Notes: a model not told the origin generated them from the letters alone. DNA of 64,000 bases from Histomonas meleagridis 2922-C6/04-290x (GCA_020184695.1 JAANOX010000252.1:1-64000), one strand, 5' to 3'; positions 1-10,985 are shown, counted from the stretch's first letter. Made by a program: numbers and translations.

Positions 1-393
1 TTTTCAACTGCGGTATGGCGGTGGTTGATGGTGTGCGGTATGATGGATTGACTTTTGCAAGAGCTGCTTTATGAACTTGAGGTTTGGAGACGGCGATCAG
101 GAAGTCTGTTTGGTGTGAAAGTAATTTTGTGTTTTTTGCTTTGTTTCATCAGAACACCGGAGACGTTGTAAGACGACGAAGGGAGAAGACTAAATTACGC
201 TTTGTGTCATTTTCTGGAAGTATGAAAGGTTACGAGCAGCCTTACGGATTTCAAGAGTGCTAATTTACCCTCAAAGTTCACGTTTGTTCTTTAGACCAGA
301 TTCAGCGACAGCCTTAAGTTCACGGTGGATGCGTTCCTTTTCGTAAGGACGCATAGGCTTCTTGAAAGTACGGCCAAAATTGTGGCTTGTCAT
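1..393 (-). pseudogene. RPS9: 40S ribosomal protein S9 (uS4), disrupted by many indels; runs off the window edge
   Basis: Manual minus-strand translation gives [40 protein letters not shown]...IRKAARNL...LRRL...RRLQTQVHK, matching uS4 motifs. There are multiple frameshifts and stops, so this is either a pseudogene or low-quality sequence. Confidence 0.8.
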
Positions 394-876
394 TAGCTGG
401 AAAGGCCGACCATAACCGCTTAGATCATAACGTTCGTTATTTTCATGCGATGCTTTTCTAAATGTATACTTTAAGTTGTATGCTATTACTACGTGTAGTG
501 ATATAACTTTGTGTTGAGCTTAAAAATACTGTGTAAAATTGTTGATGAAACATTTTTTGATATTAAATATCTTTTGTAAATTGCTGATTTTACAATTTGG
601 TTAACTTTGATCTTAAAGTTTGCTTTGTAATGATGTCTATTGAGGTCATCATTTTTATCTTATTGAAATATACAAAATTTCGATCATTTTGATAAAATCT
701 CTAAGATCAAACTACACGTACAAATGCATCTGAATTCCTATTGATTAATGAAAATTTATAATGTTTAAATATTATAGATATGTTCTAATTATTGTTTTTT
801 TTATATTTTCCCCATTGACCAGTTATATATTGAATTTCCCATAATGGCTTATTTCAATTTAAATTCGTACTTGTAA

Positions 877-1616
877 ATGAAAAAAGATAAAACAAAAACG
901 CAAAGCTCGGGACATGACAATAAGCTACAGACCCAAAAATCTAATGAACAGTTTATTTTTTCTTCTGCTGCTTATTATTCCTCATCTCCGGCTGAGATAA
1001 GCGCAACACATCTCTTTAAACTTCCTCCCTGTAACAAATCTGATGCTATTCCTTGTAATTGCGGCTCTTCTAATTGTCGCAAATATATCAATAATTACGA
1101 ATTCGTTAAAAAATCCGGTCGACAAAAGCAACGAAAGAAAGAGCCGCATGACGTAATCCAACGGCCAGTCAGAAGCATCGACTTCTCTGCCTCCATCCAC
1201 CCAACTTTGTCCGAGCATTAAAATGGATCAAGACTTACTTCAAGATTACTTAATGATCAGCGACATAGATGATCAAGAGGAAGAAGAACATTCCGAAAGA
1301 AATGAACAACAAACTCCGCAAACTAAAAAAACGGGGAAAAACGCGCATAACAGTAAAAAGAAGTCCGAATCCGTTGAACCGAATAACAAAGAAAAGGATA
1401 AAAAGAAAACGTCGGAAAAACAAAAGAAAGAAACAAAAGCACAAGAAACAAAAAGAAGAAGAAAAATCGAAAGAAATTCCAGTCGCAAAACTTTACGATA
1501 ACTTCTTAAGGAATGTAATGCCAGTGCAAATGCATTTCACATTCGGCGGCGGTGAATTTGATCCATCACTACTATCAGAAAGCGAAGAAAGCGTAAATGA
1601 AAATGAAAATGAATAA
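877..1616 (+). pseudogene. Post-SET-like Cys motif followed by a K/E-rich low-complexity tail; frameshifted relic
   Basis: AIPCNCGSSNCRKYIN matches the post-SET CxCxxxxC motif. Three overlapping ORFs lie in different frames, and no SET domain is visible upstream. Confidence 0.45.
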
Positions 1617-1762
1617 AAATATTTGTTAGAAATATAATTTCTTTTTTGTTAACAGGAAGATGACTACAAATTTGTTAATAATTAATATGAAACAAAAATC
1701 AGTAAATAAGATAAATTTAAAAAATATAATATTTTATTTTTTATTTTTTAATATTTTCATTA

Positions 1763-1935
1763 CATATATTTGATATGATCATGTATTAAAACATAATGTT
1801 GGATTTCAAAATAATATTTAAAAATCAATCAATATATATCGTACAGCTCTTACGATTACATCTAAAAATGGTGAAACAGAAATAGTTTAATTATTTCTTA
1901 AACAAAAAGGAATTGATATCAATGTTAAAGTATAA
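1763..1935 (+). pseudogene. Solo ankyrin-repeat relic preceded by one 4x(17+3) spacer cassette
   Basis: 1843-1932 reads TALTITSKNGETEIV*LFLKQKGIDINVKV. The upstream 80 nt contain the spacer ATTTCAAAATAATATTT, which also occurs in the other ankyrin loci. Confidence 0.7.
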
Positions 1936-2045
1936 TATTTGTTGAAAATAGAATCAATTTTTAATTCAACAATTGTTGAATAGTGACAATTCATCAAATT
2001 CAGACATTTTATTAATTAAACAAAAATAATATAATTAGAACTTAT

Positions 2046-3056
2046 TTACTGAAAACAGTTGTACAATTTATCTATTGGAATTGTTATTGTCTTTGGTATT
2101 CCCAACAAGCCCCCATATTCTGATATGAATTTCTTTGCTCTTTCGACGAGCAAATAAAATATATTTGACACCTCATTTTTCTTTAATTCCAATTTATGTA
2201 AGATCGCCGCCAATATATCCTTTGGCCTTAATTCCAAAGTTTCAGCAATTTTTTCGATAATATTTGAGATCAGCACGAAACTTAATAAGTATTGACCCAA
2301 GTACAAATTCTTTTCTTTTACCAATTGCATCTTATCGCATGCCCACATGATTAATCTTAATGGGATTATTAACGCTTCCTTAAATTTCGTCCAAGTTTAG
2401 CCTTTGGGTCATATTTAACCTCCGGAATTGACTGGGTTATGTTTGAATTGTATGGGATGACGGTTGCCGTATACAAAACGTAACCTTGCCCAAAGATTTG
2501 AATGCGTTCAAAAGTGACTTTTATGCTTTCAATTTCTTTTTTGTTTAATTTGACGTTAAACTTGTTAAGGAAATCGTTAACAATCGAAATGAACAAATCG
2601 ATGACATTCTTTTTGCTGGCGGCTCCTCTAAGTGATTTCGTTGAATTCGCTTTCTGGGATTTTAATATCATTTGAATGCTTTTGATTGATGGGGAAAATC
2701 TTATTCTGTAAAATCGTTAGTCCAACTCGTGTAATGTAATCGACAATTAAATTGTTAAAATGAATCGCAAACGATTCCCAAACAGTTTTCTTCTTCCTCA
2801 TCTCGAATTTAACGGGGAAATGTAGCGCGACTTGTAAACAGTTCATTTCTTGAACACGTTTTATCTCGTTTATGTTTTCTTTAATTTTAGTAATGACGTT
2901 CATGTTGTCGCAAATGTAATTTTGGATTCGTTTCACAATGCGCAATTCTTCAATTTCATATTCATACGCATATTCGATCAACTTTTCGTCTTTCTCATTC
3001 TTTAATGTGGAAATTGGATCAATTCAACGAAGACTTTCAAATCGAATCTTTCCCAT
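2046..3056 (-). pseudogene. Hypothetical protein, disrupted by an in-frame TGA and frameshifts
   Basis: ATG at 3056 (MGKIRFESLR*IDPIS...) is in frame with ORF 2628-2981 and continues in ORFs 2369-2671 and 2046-2348. No recognisable domain. Confidence 0.45.
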
Positions 3057-3063
3057 TTTCGAT

Positions 3064-4284
3064 TCAGTCAACGTTTTCATATAAATTGTTTTGTTTCTTT
3101 ACTTCAGGTAACAAAAACGTTTGATTCGGCATATGAAAACAATACGCAACCATCGAATCATTGAACTCTCGAAGTTTTGGCTCTTGCATTAATAATGGTA
3201 CATCTTTAAGTTTGTTATGCGTTTTAGAAAGCTCATTTATGATAAAGATATCAGAATTTGTTAATAGCGTTTGCATTTCGCCTAAATATAAATGCCGAGA
3301 AAATGTAACGTAACGTTTCGATTCAGTTTTTTGAATTTCTTTAAGTAATGGTTCAACAAATAAGTCGTTGAATTCTTCTTCTGTCATTTTAATTAAGCCT
3401 TCAATTAATAATGATAAATAAGTGATTTCATTATATTGATAAAAATTCGTTTTCTTTCTGCTGGAACTTGCTTCTGGTGCTTTAGGAAATGGATGTGATA
3501 TAATGATGTTGGATGATAAATGTGGTGAAAACATCCACAATTGAATGATTGGAATAATTAAGCCTTCTAAAATTACTTTACGAAATTGTTGTTTGTTTTT
3601 GTCGAATAAAAATTGGAGAACGTTTAAGTGGTGCACTGAAAAAGTGGAAATTGAATGCTGAAATGATTCCTTTACAACTTTGATGAGTTCGCGTGCATCT
3701 GCATGATCACTACAAAATGTACGTTGTAATATACGCGACAGAAATGCGTCGTGGAAGCTTTGTTGGAATGGAATGCATTGATATAAAAATGATGAAAATA
3801 AACCTAAGGAATGTACATGATTCCTATCAGCAGGATAATAAGAAATAAGAAATTGTTCGGCTAGTTCGTTATATTCATCTGTGGAAAACCCACAAAAAAT
3901 ATTACAAAAACCTACATGAAGGAAATAATTGTAATAATCTTCATAGTTGGTAAAGAAATTATCAATGTTTGAAAATGTTATACAGCTTTCGTCAGTTCCA
4001 AATGTGAAAAAGATTTCTTTGATATTATTTACAAGCATGTTATTAAAGTTTTCATCTTTTAATTGAATAATTATTGGAGCAACAACTCTGTCTTCTGGGA
4101 TTTGCTTTAATGAACTTTGATATTGTGTTAAATTGAGAAAAAGAAGATTTGATAGATATTGTAAATGAATTTCTCTTGTAAATCGAGGAAGCGTATCAAC
4201 AAGTTGAGGAGAACTAAAACTATATTTTAAGCTCTTCCGTTCATACTTTTTGTTCAGAGCTTGAAACTTTTCCTTTGTCGACAT
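3064..4284 (-). CDS. Hypothetical protein (406 aa); weak resemblance to the N-terminal helical region of the VPS9 protein at 60173
   Basis: Long ORF in AT-rich DNA. The motif resemblance was judged by eye only. Confidence 0.75.
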   Translation of the reverse strand: MSTKEKFQALNKKYERKSLKYSFSSPQLVDTLPRFTREIHLQYLSNLLFLNLTQYQSSLKQIPEDRVVAPIIIQLKDENFNNMLVNNIKEIFFTFGTDESCITFSNIDNFFTNYEDYYNYFLHVGFCNIFCGFSTDEYNELAEQFLISYYPADRNHVHSLGLFSSFLYQCIPFQQSFHDAFLSRILQRTFCSDHADARELIKVVKESFQHSISTFSVHHLNVLQFLFDKNKQQFRKVILEGLIIPIIQLWMFSPHLSSNIIISHPFPKAPEASSSRKKTNFYQYNEITYLSLLIEGLIKMTEEEFNDLFVEPLLKEIQKTESKRYVTFSRHLYLGEMQTLLTNSDIFIINELSKTHNKLKDVPLLMQEPKLREFNDSMVAYCFHMPNQTFLLPEVKKQNNLYENVD

Positions 4285-4353
4285 TTGGAATTGAAAATTT
4301 TACATTAGCCAGAAAAAGTTACCGAAAATAAGACGTTATAAATAAACCCAAAA

Positions 4354-7300
4354 ATGGAAGAAACCTCATTAAACATTTTACATAAATATATAAATAAAGA
4401 AACACAAACTGATGTAAATATAACGAACACCAAATCAATTTCATCAAATGAAGACAAGAATTTAATCAAAAAAGATATTCCTATATCTTTTGAATGCCCA
4501 AAAGAATTTCTCAATGACATAATAATAAAAATTCCTGATGAAGAAGAATCGATTATAAATGCAGGTAAAGTAATTAATACAAAATCCAAAAATTTTGAAA
4601 AATTATTATTAAATTTTAAAGAACAACTTCAAAAAGCTAAAAAGACAGGAATAAAAAAGCGTGATTTCATGTGGCAATTAGCATATGCAATTGATCCATC
4701 ATCATTAAATGAAAACAAATCACTATTCAATAATCAAAAAATCGAATATCCATTACAAAAATGTCATGCAACCATCACAACAAAAGGAAAAGATGTTAAG
4801 TATAATGTACAGTTATCAAATGATAGAATACTTACATTAGTTAATGATTCACAAACAATTGTTTTCCAACCCATTGAATTTAACGTATTCAATTTCAATT
4901 CACCAATTCAAATTGACGGTTATGGCACTTTGAAATTTTCCAAATTCGAAACGGAAAAAATTTCCGATGAAGCAAGAGCTAAATACCTATTTAATGCAAT
5001 AGATGATCATCCACTAATTAGTCAAAATGATCTTTCATTAATAGACATATTTCTTTCAATTCCAACATTAACTCAATCTGAAGCACAACAACTTTTTTCT
5101 TTTCTTTTTAATTATAATTTTTTATCTTTATATATACGTTCCAAAATTTGTCAATTTCTTTATACCAAAAAAACATATAAATGGCCAGAACTTCTCGGAA
5201 GATTTATATCACTTATTGATCCGCAATGGGCTAAAGAATCATTTGATTCATGTATCAATGGAAAAATGGGGAAAACGACAAAAAACTTCAACAAAATGAA
5301 TATTTATTCAATGTCTCTTCTACAAATTATTTTGAAAATTTTTATTTATATAGACAGAGGTGAATTAAATGAATTTATTTGGATTTTTCTATTGAAATCA
5401 ATTTTAATGAATTTTTGTCTTAATAATACTGAGCAATCTTTAATTCTTGAAGAAGTTTTAGAAACTACAATAAACTTTTTATCTAATGAAGAATTTAATA
5501 AAAGAACAAATGATGTGTTACAAATGATACAATCAATTGAAATCCAAATTCCAAAAATGAAACATAAATCATCAACAAAATTCATCAAAAAAGTTATTCT
5601 TAAACATTTTGATGAGTTTATTAAAATATTAAAAGTTCTTCCTTTCCAAAAAGAAGAAGCAAGTCCATTATTTTATCCAATAATTCTTGAGATATTAGAT
5701 TCTCTAAATAAAAAAGTAACAATTAATCAATTGCTTAATAAAAATTCTATTTCTCTTTTATCCGAGAATTCATCTTCAATTCTTACATCAAATGTAACAG
5801 GGAAAACAAAATCTAATGAAAAATATGCTGTTTATTTATCAGAAAATACTTCATCTTCAAAAAGCTTTTCAAAAACTTCTGAAAACAAATTCAAAAAGAC
5901 AAGTAAATATTCTAAATCAGGAAGTAGTAACTTATTATCTACAGAAGGATTTGAAGATATAAGCATTTCTAGTAATTCTAAAAAATCAAATGAAAAAGCA
6001 CAAATTAAAAATTCAAAATCAAGTTCTGATGAATTTAGTATTTTAAGTCAAAGTAGTTATTCAAGAAAACAAGATAATTCATCTAAATCTAAAAATAATA
6101 ATAATTTAAGTGATCATAATACTCCGCAATCATCAAAACATAATTTAAATCAAAATAAATCAAATAGCTCATTTCAAAATTTAGAAAAAAATTCATCAAA
6201 ATCAAAAAACTCAAATATTAATGAAAAATCTCAAAAGTCAAATTCAAACAAAATTAAAAATAAAAATAATTCTTCTTTTATTGACTTGATTTCTGATGAA
6301 TCACTTTCAAGTAATAATGATATCTTCTTATCCCAAAATAGTTCCTCAAAAACAAATAAAAGCAAAGATTTGGAATTACTTTCAAGCAGTTCATTTATGG
6401 ATTCAGATTTAGAGATTATTCCCGAAAAATCTAAGCATCAAATAGATAATTTAAGTCAAAGTAACTCATCTAAATCAAAGAAATTTAATAAAAGCATAAA
6501 CATAGATGATAATTCTGAAAGTGGTAAAAATACAAACAAAATCTCTCAACAAGGTAATTCATCTAAATCAAAGAAATCAAACAAAAGAATGAGTTCAGAT
6601 GTTGATATTATTGATTTGGATAACTCTTTTGATAACAATAAAAGTAAAAAAGGAACATCTCAACATAGCCATTCTCAATCAAAGAAATCTAATAAAGATT
6701 TGAGTTCAGATGTTGATATTATTGATTTGGATAACTCTTTTGATAACAATAAAAGTAAAAAAGGAACATCTCAACATAGCCATTCTCAATCAAAGAAATC
6801 TAATAAAGATTTGAGTTCAGACGTTGATATTATTGAATTAGATGATAGTTTCGGAAGTGGTAAAAATAAAAACAAAATTTCACAGCAAAGTAACTCATCG
6901 AAGTCAAATAAATCAAACAAAATAATGAGTTCAGAAGTTGATCTTGATTTAGATGATACATTTGAAAATATTCAAAGCAAAGTTACAAACTTACATCAAA
7001 GTAATTCTTCCAAATCAAACAAAAACAAAGATTTGGAATTACTTTCAAGTAGCTCATTTATGGATTCTGATTTGAAGATTAATTCAGATCGATCTAAACA
7101 TAAAACAGATAATTTAAGTCAAAGTAATTCATCTAAATCAAAGAAAACAAATAAAAGTTCAAAAATTGATATAATTGATTTAGATGACTCTTTCGGAAGT
7201 GATAAAGACAAAAGCAAAATATCTCATCAAAGTAATTCATCTCAAGCAAAGAAATCTATTAACATGAAATCAGTTGATATCATTGATTTAGATGATAGTT

Positions 7301-8517
7301 TCGAAAGTGATAAAAACAAAAGCAAAATTTCTCATCAAAGTAAATCATCGAAATCTAAAAATATACAATCAGTTGATATCATTGATTTGGATGACTCTTA
7401 TGATAGTGTTAAAAATAAAAGTGTTATTTCTCAACAAAGTAATTCATCTAAATCAAAGAAATCTATGAAAACGAACTCTGTCGATATCATTGATTTAGAT
7501 GACTCATTTGAAAGTAAGAAAAGCAAAATTTCTCATCAAAGTAAATCATCGAAATCGAAGAATATGAAATCAGTTGATATTATCGATTTAGATGACTCTT
7601 TTGATAGCATTAAAAATAAAAGTAAAGTTTCTCATCAAAGTATTTCAAATAAATCTAAGAAAAACATGAGATCAAATGCTGAATTAAATGATAGTTTCGA
7701 AAGTGATAAAAGCAAAAGCAAAATTTCTCATCAAAGTAATTCATCAAAATCAAAGAAATCTATTAATATGAAATCAGTTGATATCATTGATTTAGATGAC
7801 AGTTTCGAAAGTGATAAAAGCAAAAGCAAAATTTCTCATCAAAGTAATTCATCAAAATCAAAGAAAGATAATAATATTCTTTCAAGTAGTTCATTTGCGA
7901 ATAAAAAATTCGATGATATTTCGGAAATATCATCTCATAAATCTAAATCAATGAAAAACACCAAAAATACGAAATCAAGTTCCATAGTAATTGATTTTGG
8001 AATCGATGACAATTCTGAACGCAAGAACACAGAAAAACATAAAGAAATTAACTCAAAATCCAAAACCAAAAATGAGCTTTCTTCTTATTCAATTGATCTT
8101 AATTTCGAAGGAATCTCTGAAGTATCAAAACATGAAACGTCTGTATCCAAATCAAATAAACATCCAACAAACTCTCAAGCAAAACAAACAAGTGCTACTA
8201 ATTCTAAAATTACTTTTTTGGATTCATCTGATGATTCGAATAATTCAGCAAAGAAAATCAAATCCACAAAGTCAAAGGACATGTTTTCAATTTCCAATAA
8301 ACAAAGTAATCATTCTATAAATGAAAAAGATGAAATTGATAAACTTTCTGTATCTTCAAATCGTAAACAAACGAATGAAAGCAGTGATATTCATAGTTTT
8401 GGATCGAGAAGTTCAAAAGTAATTGGTAGGAGACCAACTCCAATATCACGTAACAAAAACTTAAAATCAAGTTTTACTGCACCAATTTTTGATGATTCTA
8501 GTTCTTATTCAGATTGA
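4354..8517 (+). CDS. 1387-aa protein: helical N-terminal region plus a Ser/Lys-rich disordered C-terminus with tandem SIM-like (V/I)DII(D/E)LD repeats
   Basis: Long ORF with nine (V/I)DII(D/E)LD motifs between about 6595 and 7800. Confidence 0.85.
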   Translation: MEETSLNILHKYINKETQTDVNITNTKSISSNEDKNLIKKDIPISFECPKEFLNDIIIKIPDEEESIINAGKVINTKSKNFEKLLLNFKEQLQKAKKTGIKKRDFMWQLAYAIDPSSLNENKSLFNNQKIEYPLQKCHATITTKGKDVKYNVQLSNDRILTLVNDSQTIVFQPIEFNVFNFNSPIQIDGYGTLKFSKFETEKISDEARAKYLFNAIDDHPLISQNDLSLIDIFLSIPTLTQSEAQQLFSFLFNYNFLSLYIRSKICQFLYTKKTYKWPELLGRFISLIDPQWAKESFDSCINGKMGKTTKNFNKMNIYSMSLLQIILKIFIYIDRGELNEFIWIFLLKSILMNFCLNNTEQSLILEEVLETTINFLSNEEFNKRTNDVLQMIQSIEIQIPKMKHKSSTKFIKKVILKHFDEFIKILKVLPFQKEEASPLFYPIILEILDSLNKKVTINQLLNKNSISLLSENSSSILTSNVTGKTKSNEKYAVYLSENTSSSKSFSKTSENKFKKTSKYSKSGSSNLLSTEGFEDISISSNSKKSNEKAQIKNSKSSSDEFSILSQSSYSRKQDNSSKSKNNNNLSDHNTPQSSKHNLNQNKSNSSFQNLEKNSSKSKNSNINEKSQKSNSNKIKNKNNSSFIDLISDESLSSNNDIFLSQNSSSKTNKSKDLELLSSSSFMDSDLEIIPEKSKHQIDNLSQSNSSKSKKFNKSINIDDNSESGKNTNKISQQGNSSKSKKSNKRMSSDVDIIDLDNSFDNNKSKKGTSQHSHSQSKKSNKDLSSDVDIIDLDNSFDNNKSKKGTSQHSHSQSKKSNKDLSSDVDIIELDDSFGSGKNKNKISQQSNSSKSNKSNKIMSSEVDLDLDDTFENIQSKVTNLHQSNSSKSNKNKDLELLSSSSFMDSDLKINSDRSKHKTDNLSQSNSSKSKKTNKSSKIDIIDLDDSFGSDKDKSKISHQSNSSQAKKSINMKSVDIIDLDDSFESDKNKSKISHQSKSSKSKNIQSVDIIDLDDSYDSVKNKSVISQQSNSSKSKKSMKTNSVDIIDLDDSFESKKSKISHQSKSSKSKNMKSVDIIDLDDSFDSIKNKSKVSHQSISNKSKKNMRSNAELNDSFESDKSKSKISHQSNSSKSKKSINMKSVDIIDLDDSFESDKSKSKISHQSNSSKSKKDNNILSSSSFANKKFDDISEISSHKSKSMKNTKNTKSSSIVIDFGIDDNSERKNTEKHKEINSKSKTKNELSSYSIDLNFEGISEVSKHETSVSKSNKHPTNSQAKQTSATNSKITFLDSSDDSNNSAKKIKSTKSKDMFSISNKQSNHSINEKDEIDKLSVSSNRKQTNESSDIHSFGSRSSKVIGRRPTPISRNKNLKSSFTAPIFDDSSSYSD
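6400..7870 (+). repeat. Intragenic degenerate tandem repeats, including an exact 111-nt (37-aa) duplication
   Basis: The unit starting GAGTTCAGATGTTGATATTATTG at 6591 recurs at 6702. The unit AAAGCAAAATTTCTCATCAAAGTAA recurs several times. Confidence 0.9.
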
Positions 8518-9116
8518 TATTATATTAATAATATAATTATGATACATTGTTAAATTAAAATAAAGATAATTGATATATTGGTCCAATATATTCACCGTTT
8601 TTATTGAAATAATTTATAGTCGAACCATTAACAAATTAAGCTGATATCATTTGATCATATTATATTGCTTTGGTTATCTTTTTGGCGTTATTTTTTATAA
8701 CGAAATCAATTCATTAATTGATTTTGAATTGAATTCAATGCATTGATAAATAGAAAACTTTACTTTTTTTTGAATCGATAAAAAACGATAAAACCGCAAA
8801 ACCTGCAGAAAAGTCATGATTCAAATTGGAACCAAACTCACAAAAAAATTGCAAACAGGACAAAATTGAATTGTTGTAAATAGCTTTTTCAATTATGTTT
8901 TTTCACGTGTATTTTCAACTCAAACCGTTTCAAACATTTTTCAAAAATCTGTGATTATTTAGGAATGTGTGACCAATGTCATAAGTTCGGTCAAATTTAA
9001 TTCAAAGAAAGCTGCATGGTCCCTCATGTAAATTTCAATTCTGAACTCAAAATTTATCAACAGCTTTTGTATTATTTGTCACAAATAACTTTTTCCAAAT
9101 CTTAACCCAAATCAAA

Positions 9117-10985
9117 ATGTTGATTCTTCTGTTTTTAGCACCAGCACATTCTCAATCATCTTATCAAAGGTCACAAATCCAAGGTTTAACTGCACGATTT
9201 GATGTAAGCTGGTTAGAACTTGGTAGTAACAGTATCAAATCATCTAAGCTCAGCAATGCATTTTATAAGTTAAGTAATGAACATGAAAACACAAATAATC
9301 ATTTAAGAAAACTTCTTGCAACAGACAGTTCATGGGAAGCAAATGATCAAATGCGAGTAGATCTTGTAGGCGATGGTATGTCCATGACTAATTTTGTATG
9401 GACCACATCTTCTTCAAGTGGGTTGTTTAAACAAGGTATGTTTTCAGGAGGATCAGTGTCTGCTTCTGGAGGAACATATTTTACCATAACTTGCTTCTAC
9501 CCGAATGCATTAATAACTGACACACGTAAGCAAAATGGCGAAGTAACAATGAAAGCTTTGGATTTCATGTTTGGTCAATCAAGCACTATTCGATCCAATA
9601 CTGATACAGTAACTGTATCACTTTCTAGAAAAATGGCTCGTTTGTATTTAACAATTCATTTTGGCACAACACAAATTACATCACAGACTCTTTCAGAGTA
9701 TACTTTATATATTAATGGCATAAAACATGATGGAAATTATTACACTGATGGAAGAGCGGCTGCTAATTCAGATGCAGCTATAGTTAATGATTGGGACATT
9801 ACAAATATTTGCACAGCTAATACAGCTTCTCAAACCATTGCATGTAAAATGATATTATTTCCACAAACATTAATAAATGGAATTACGTTATCTGTTGTTC
9901 GAAATGGACAATCTGTAGATGAAGTAATTCAAATTGCTTCTTTAGATTCTGGATATATATATGATTGTGATATTACTATGGATTTAATAACTTTAACTTT
10001 TACTCAGTCAAATACTTTTTCGAATACATTTACATCATCCAATACATTTTCGAATACATTTACTGAATCAAATATATTTACACAATCAAACACTTTTACA
10101 CAATCTAATACATATACACAATCAAACACATTTTCAAATTCAAATACATTTACGCAATCTAATACATTTTCAAATTCATATATTTTTACACAATCAAATA
10201 CATTTTCAAATTCAAATTCATTTTCAAATTCAAATACATTTACGCAGTCAAATACATTCACTGAATCGAATTCATTTTCTAATACATTTACATTGTCAAA
10301 CACGTTCACACAATCGAATTCATTTTCTAACACATTTACATTGTCAAACACATTCACAGGATCAAACACATATTCGGATACATTTACTAGATCAAATTCA
10401 TTTACTAAGTCGAACACATTTTCAAATTCAAATTCATTTTCAGGTTCAAATTCATTTACTAAATCGAATTCATTCACAGAATCATTAAAGTTTAATGAAC
10501 AATATACTTATTCCATAACTTTAACATATTCTATTGCATTTGAAGAGACTCATAGTATGACAAAGATATTATCTGATACATTTACATTAATGAATTATAA
10601 TTCAACTTATTCATATACCAACACATTACTCATTGTTTATCAATATACAATTGTCAAATATCCAACGTATTATCCAATATATTCACAATATTATATGATT
10701 ATGCCAATAGACGACAATACATATGAAAATAATAATAATACAACTACAATAGTAATCGTAGTCGTATGTATAGTTGTAGTTATTGTGATCATATGTTTAG
10801 TTGTTGGTTTATATATTCGTCATCAAAGAAATAAATTAAAGCAAACAGAAAAGGCTGAAAGTGTTGACGTTGAATATGGAATAGAAATGGAAACAACTAA
10901 TGATTACACTGCAACAAAAATGAATCATATTTTAGATGACCCATTTGCGGATGATTTCATGGAAGATAATCGTGTAAACATTTAA
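9117..10985 (+). CDS. Type I membrane protein: signal peptide, fimbrillin-like (Bacteroidetes pilin-like) ectodomain, SNTF(T/S) stalk, TM helix, acidic DPF tail
   Basis: Hydrophobic N-terminus MLILLFLAPAHS. Motifs WEANDQMRV, DFMFGQS...VTVSLSRKMARLYLTI, MILFPQT and LDSGYIYDCDIT follow the fimbrillin-like pattern. TM is IVIVVVCIVVVIVIICLVVGLYI; the tail contains DDPFADDF. Confidence 0.8.
   Translation: MLILLFLAPAHSQSSYQRSQIQGLTARFDVSWLELGSNSIKSSKLSNAFYKLSNEHENTNNHLRKLLATDSSWEANDQMRVDLVGDGMSMTNFVWTTSSSSGLFKQGMFSGGSVSASGGTYFTITCFYPNALITDTRKQNGEVTMKALDFMFGQSSTIRSNTDTVTVSLSRKMARLYLTIHFGTTQITSQTLSEYTLYINGIKHDGNYYTDGRAAANSDAAIVNDWDITNICTANTASQTIACKMILFPQTLINGITLSVVRNGQSVDEVIQIASLDSGYIYDCDITMDLITLTFTQSNTFSNTFTSSNTFSNTFTESNIFTQSNTFTQSNTYTQSNTFSNSNTFTQSNTFSNSYIFTQSNTFSNSNSFSNSNTFTQSNTFTESNSFSNTFTLSNTFTQSNSFSNTFTLSNTFTGSNTYSDTFTRSNSFTKSNTFSNSNSFSGSNSFTKSNSFTESLKFNEQYTYSITLTYSIAFEETHSMTKILSDTFTLMNYNSTYSYTNTLLIVYQYTIVKYPTYYPIYSQYYMIMPIDDNTYENNNNTTTIVIVVVCIVVVIVIICLVVGLYIRHQRNKLKQTEKAESVDVEYGIEMETTNDYTATKMNHILDDPFADDFMEDNRVNI
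10004..10480 (+). repeat. Tandem 18-nt / 6-aa repeats, (Q/N/E/L)SN(T/S)F(T/S)
   Basis: Visible directly in both the DNA and the translation. Confidence 0.95.

Noticed and set aside
10004-10477. Antisense ORF over the SNTF repeats
   Set aside because: It is open only because the repeat lacks stop codons on the opposite strand.
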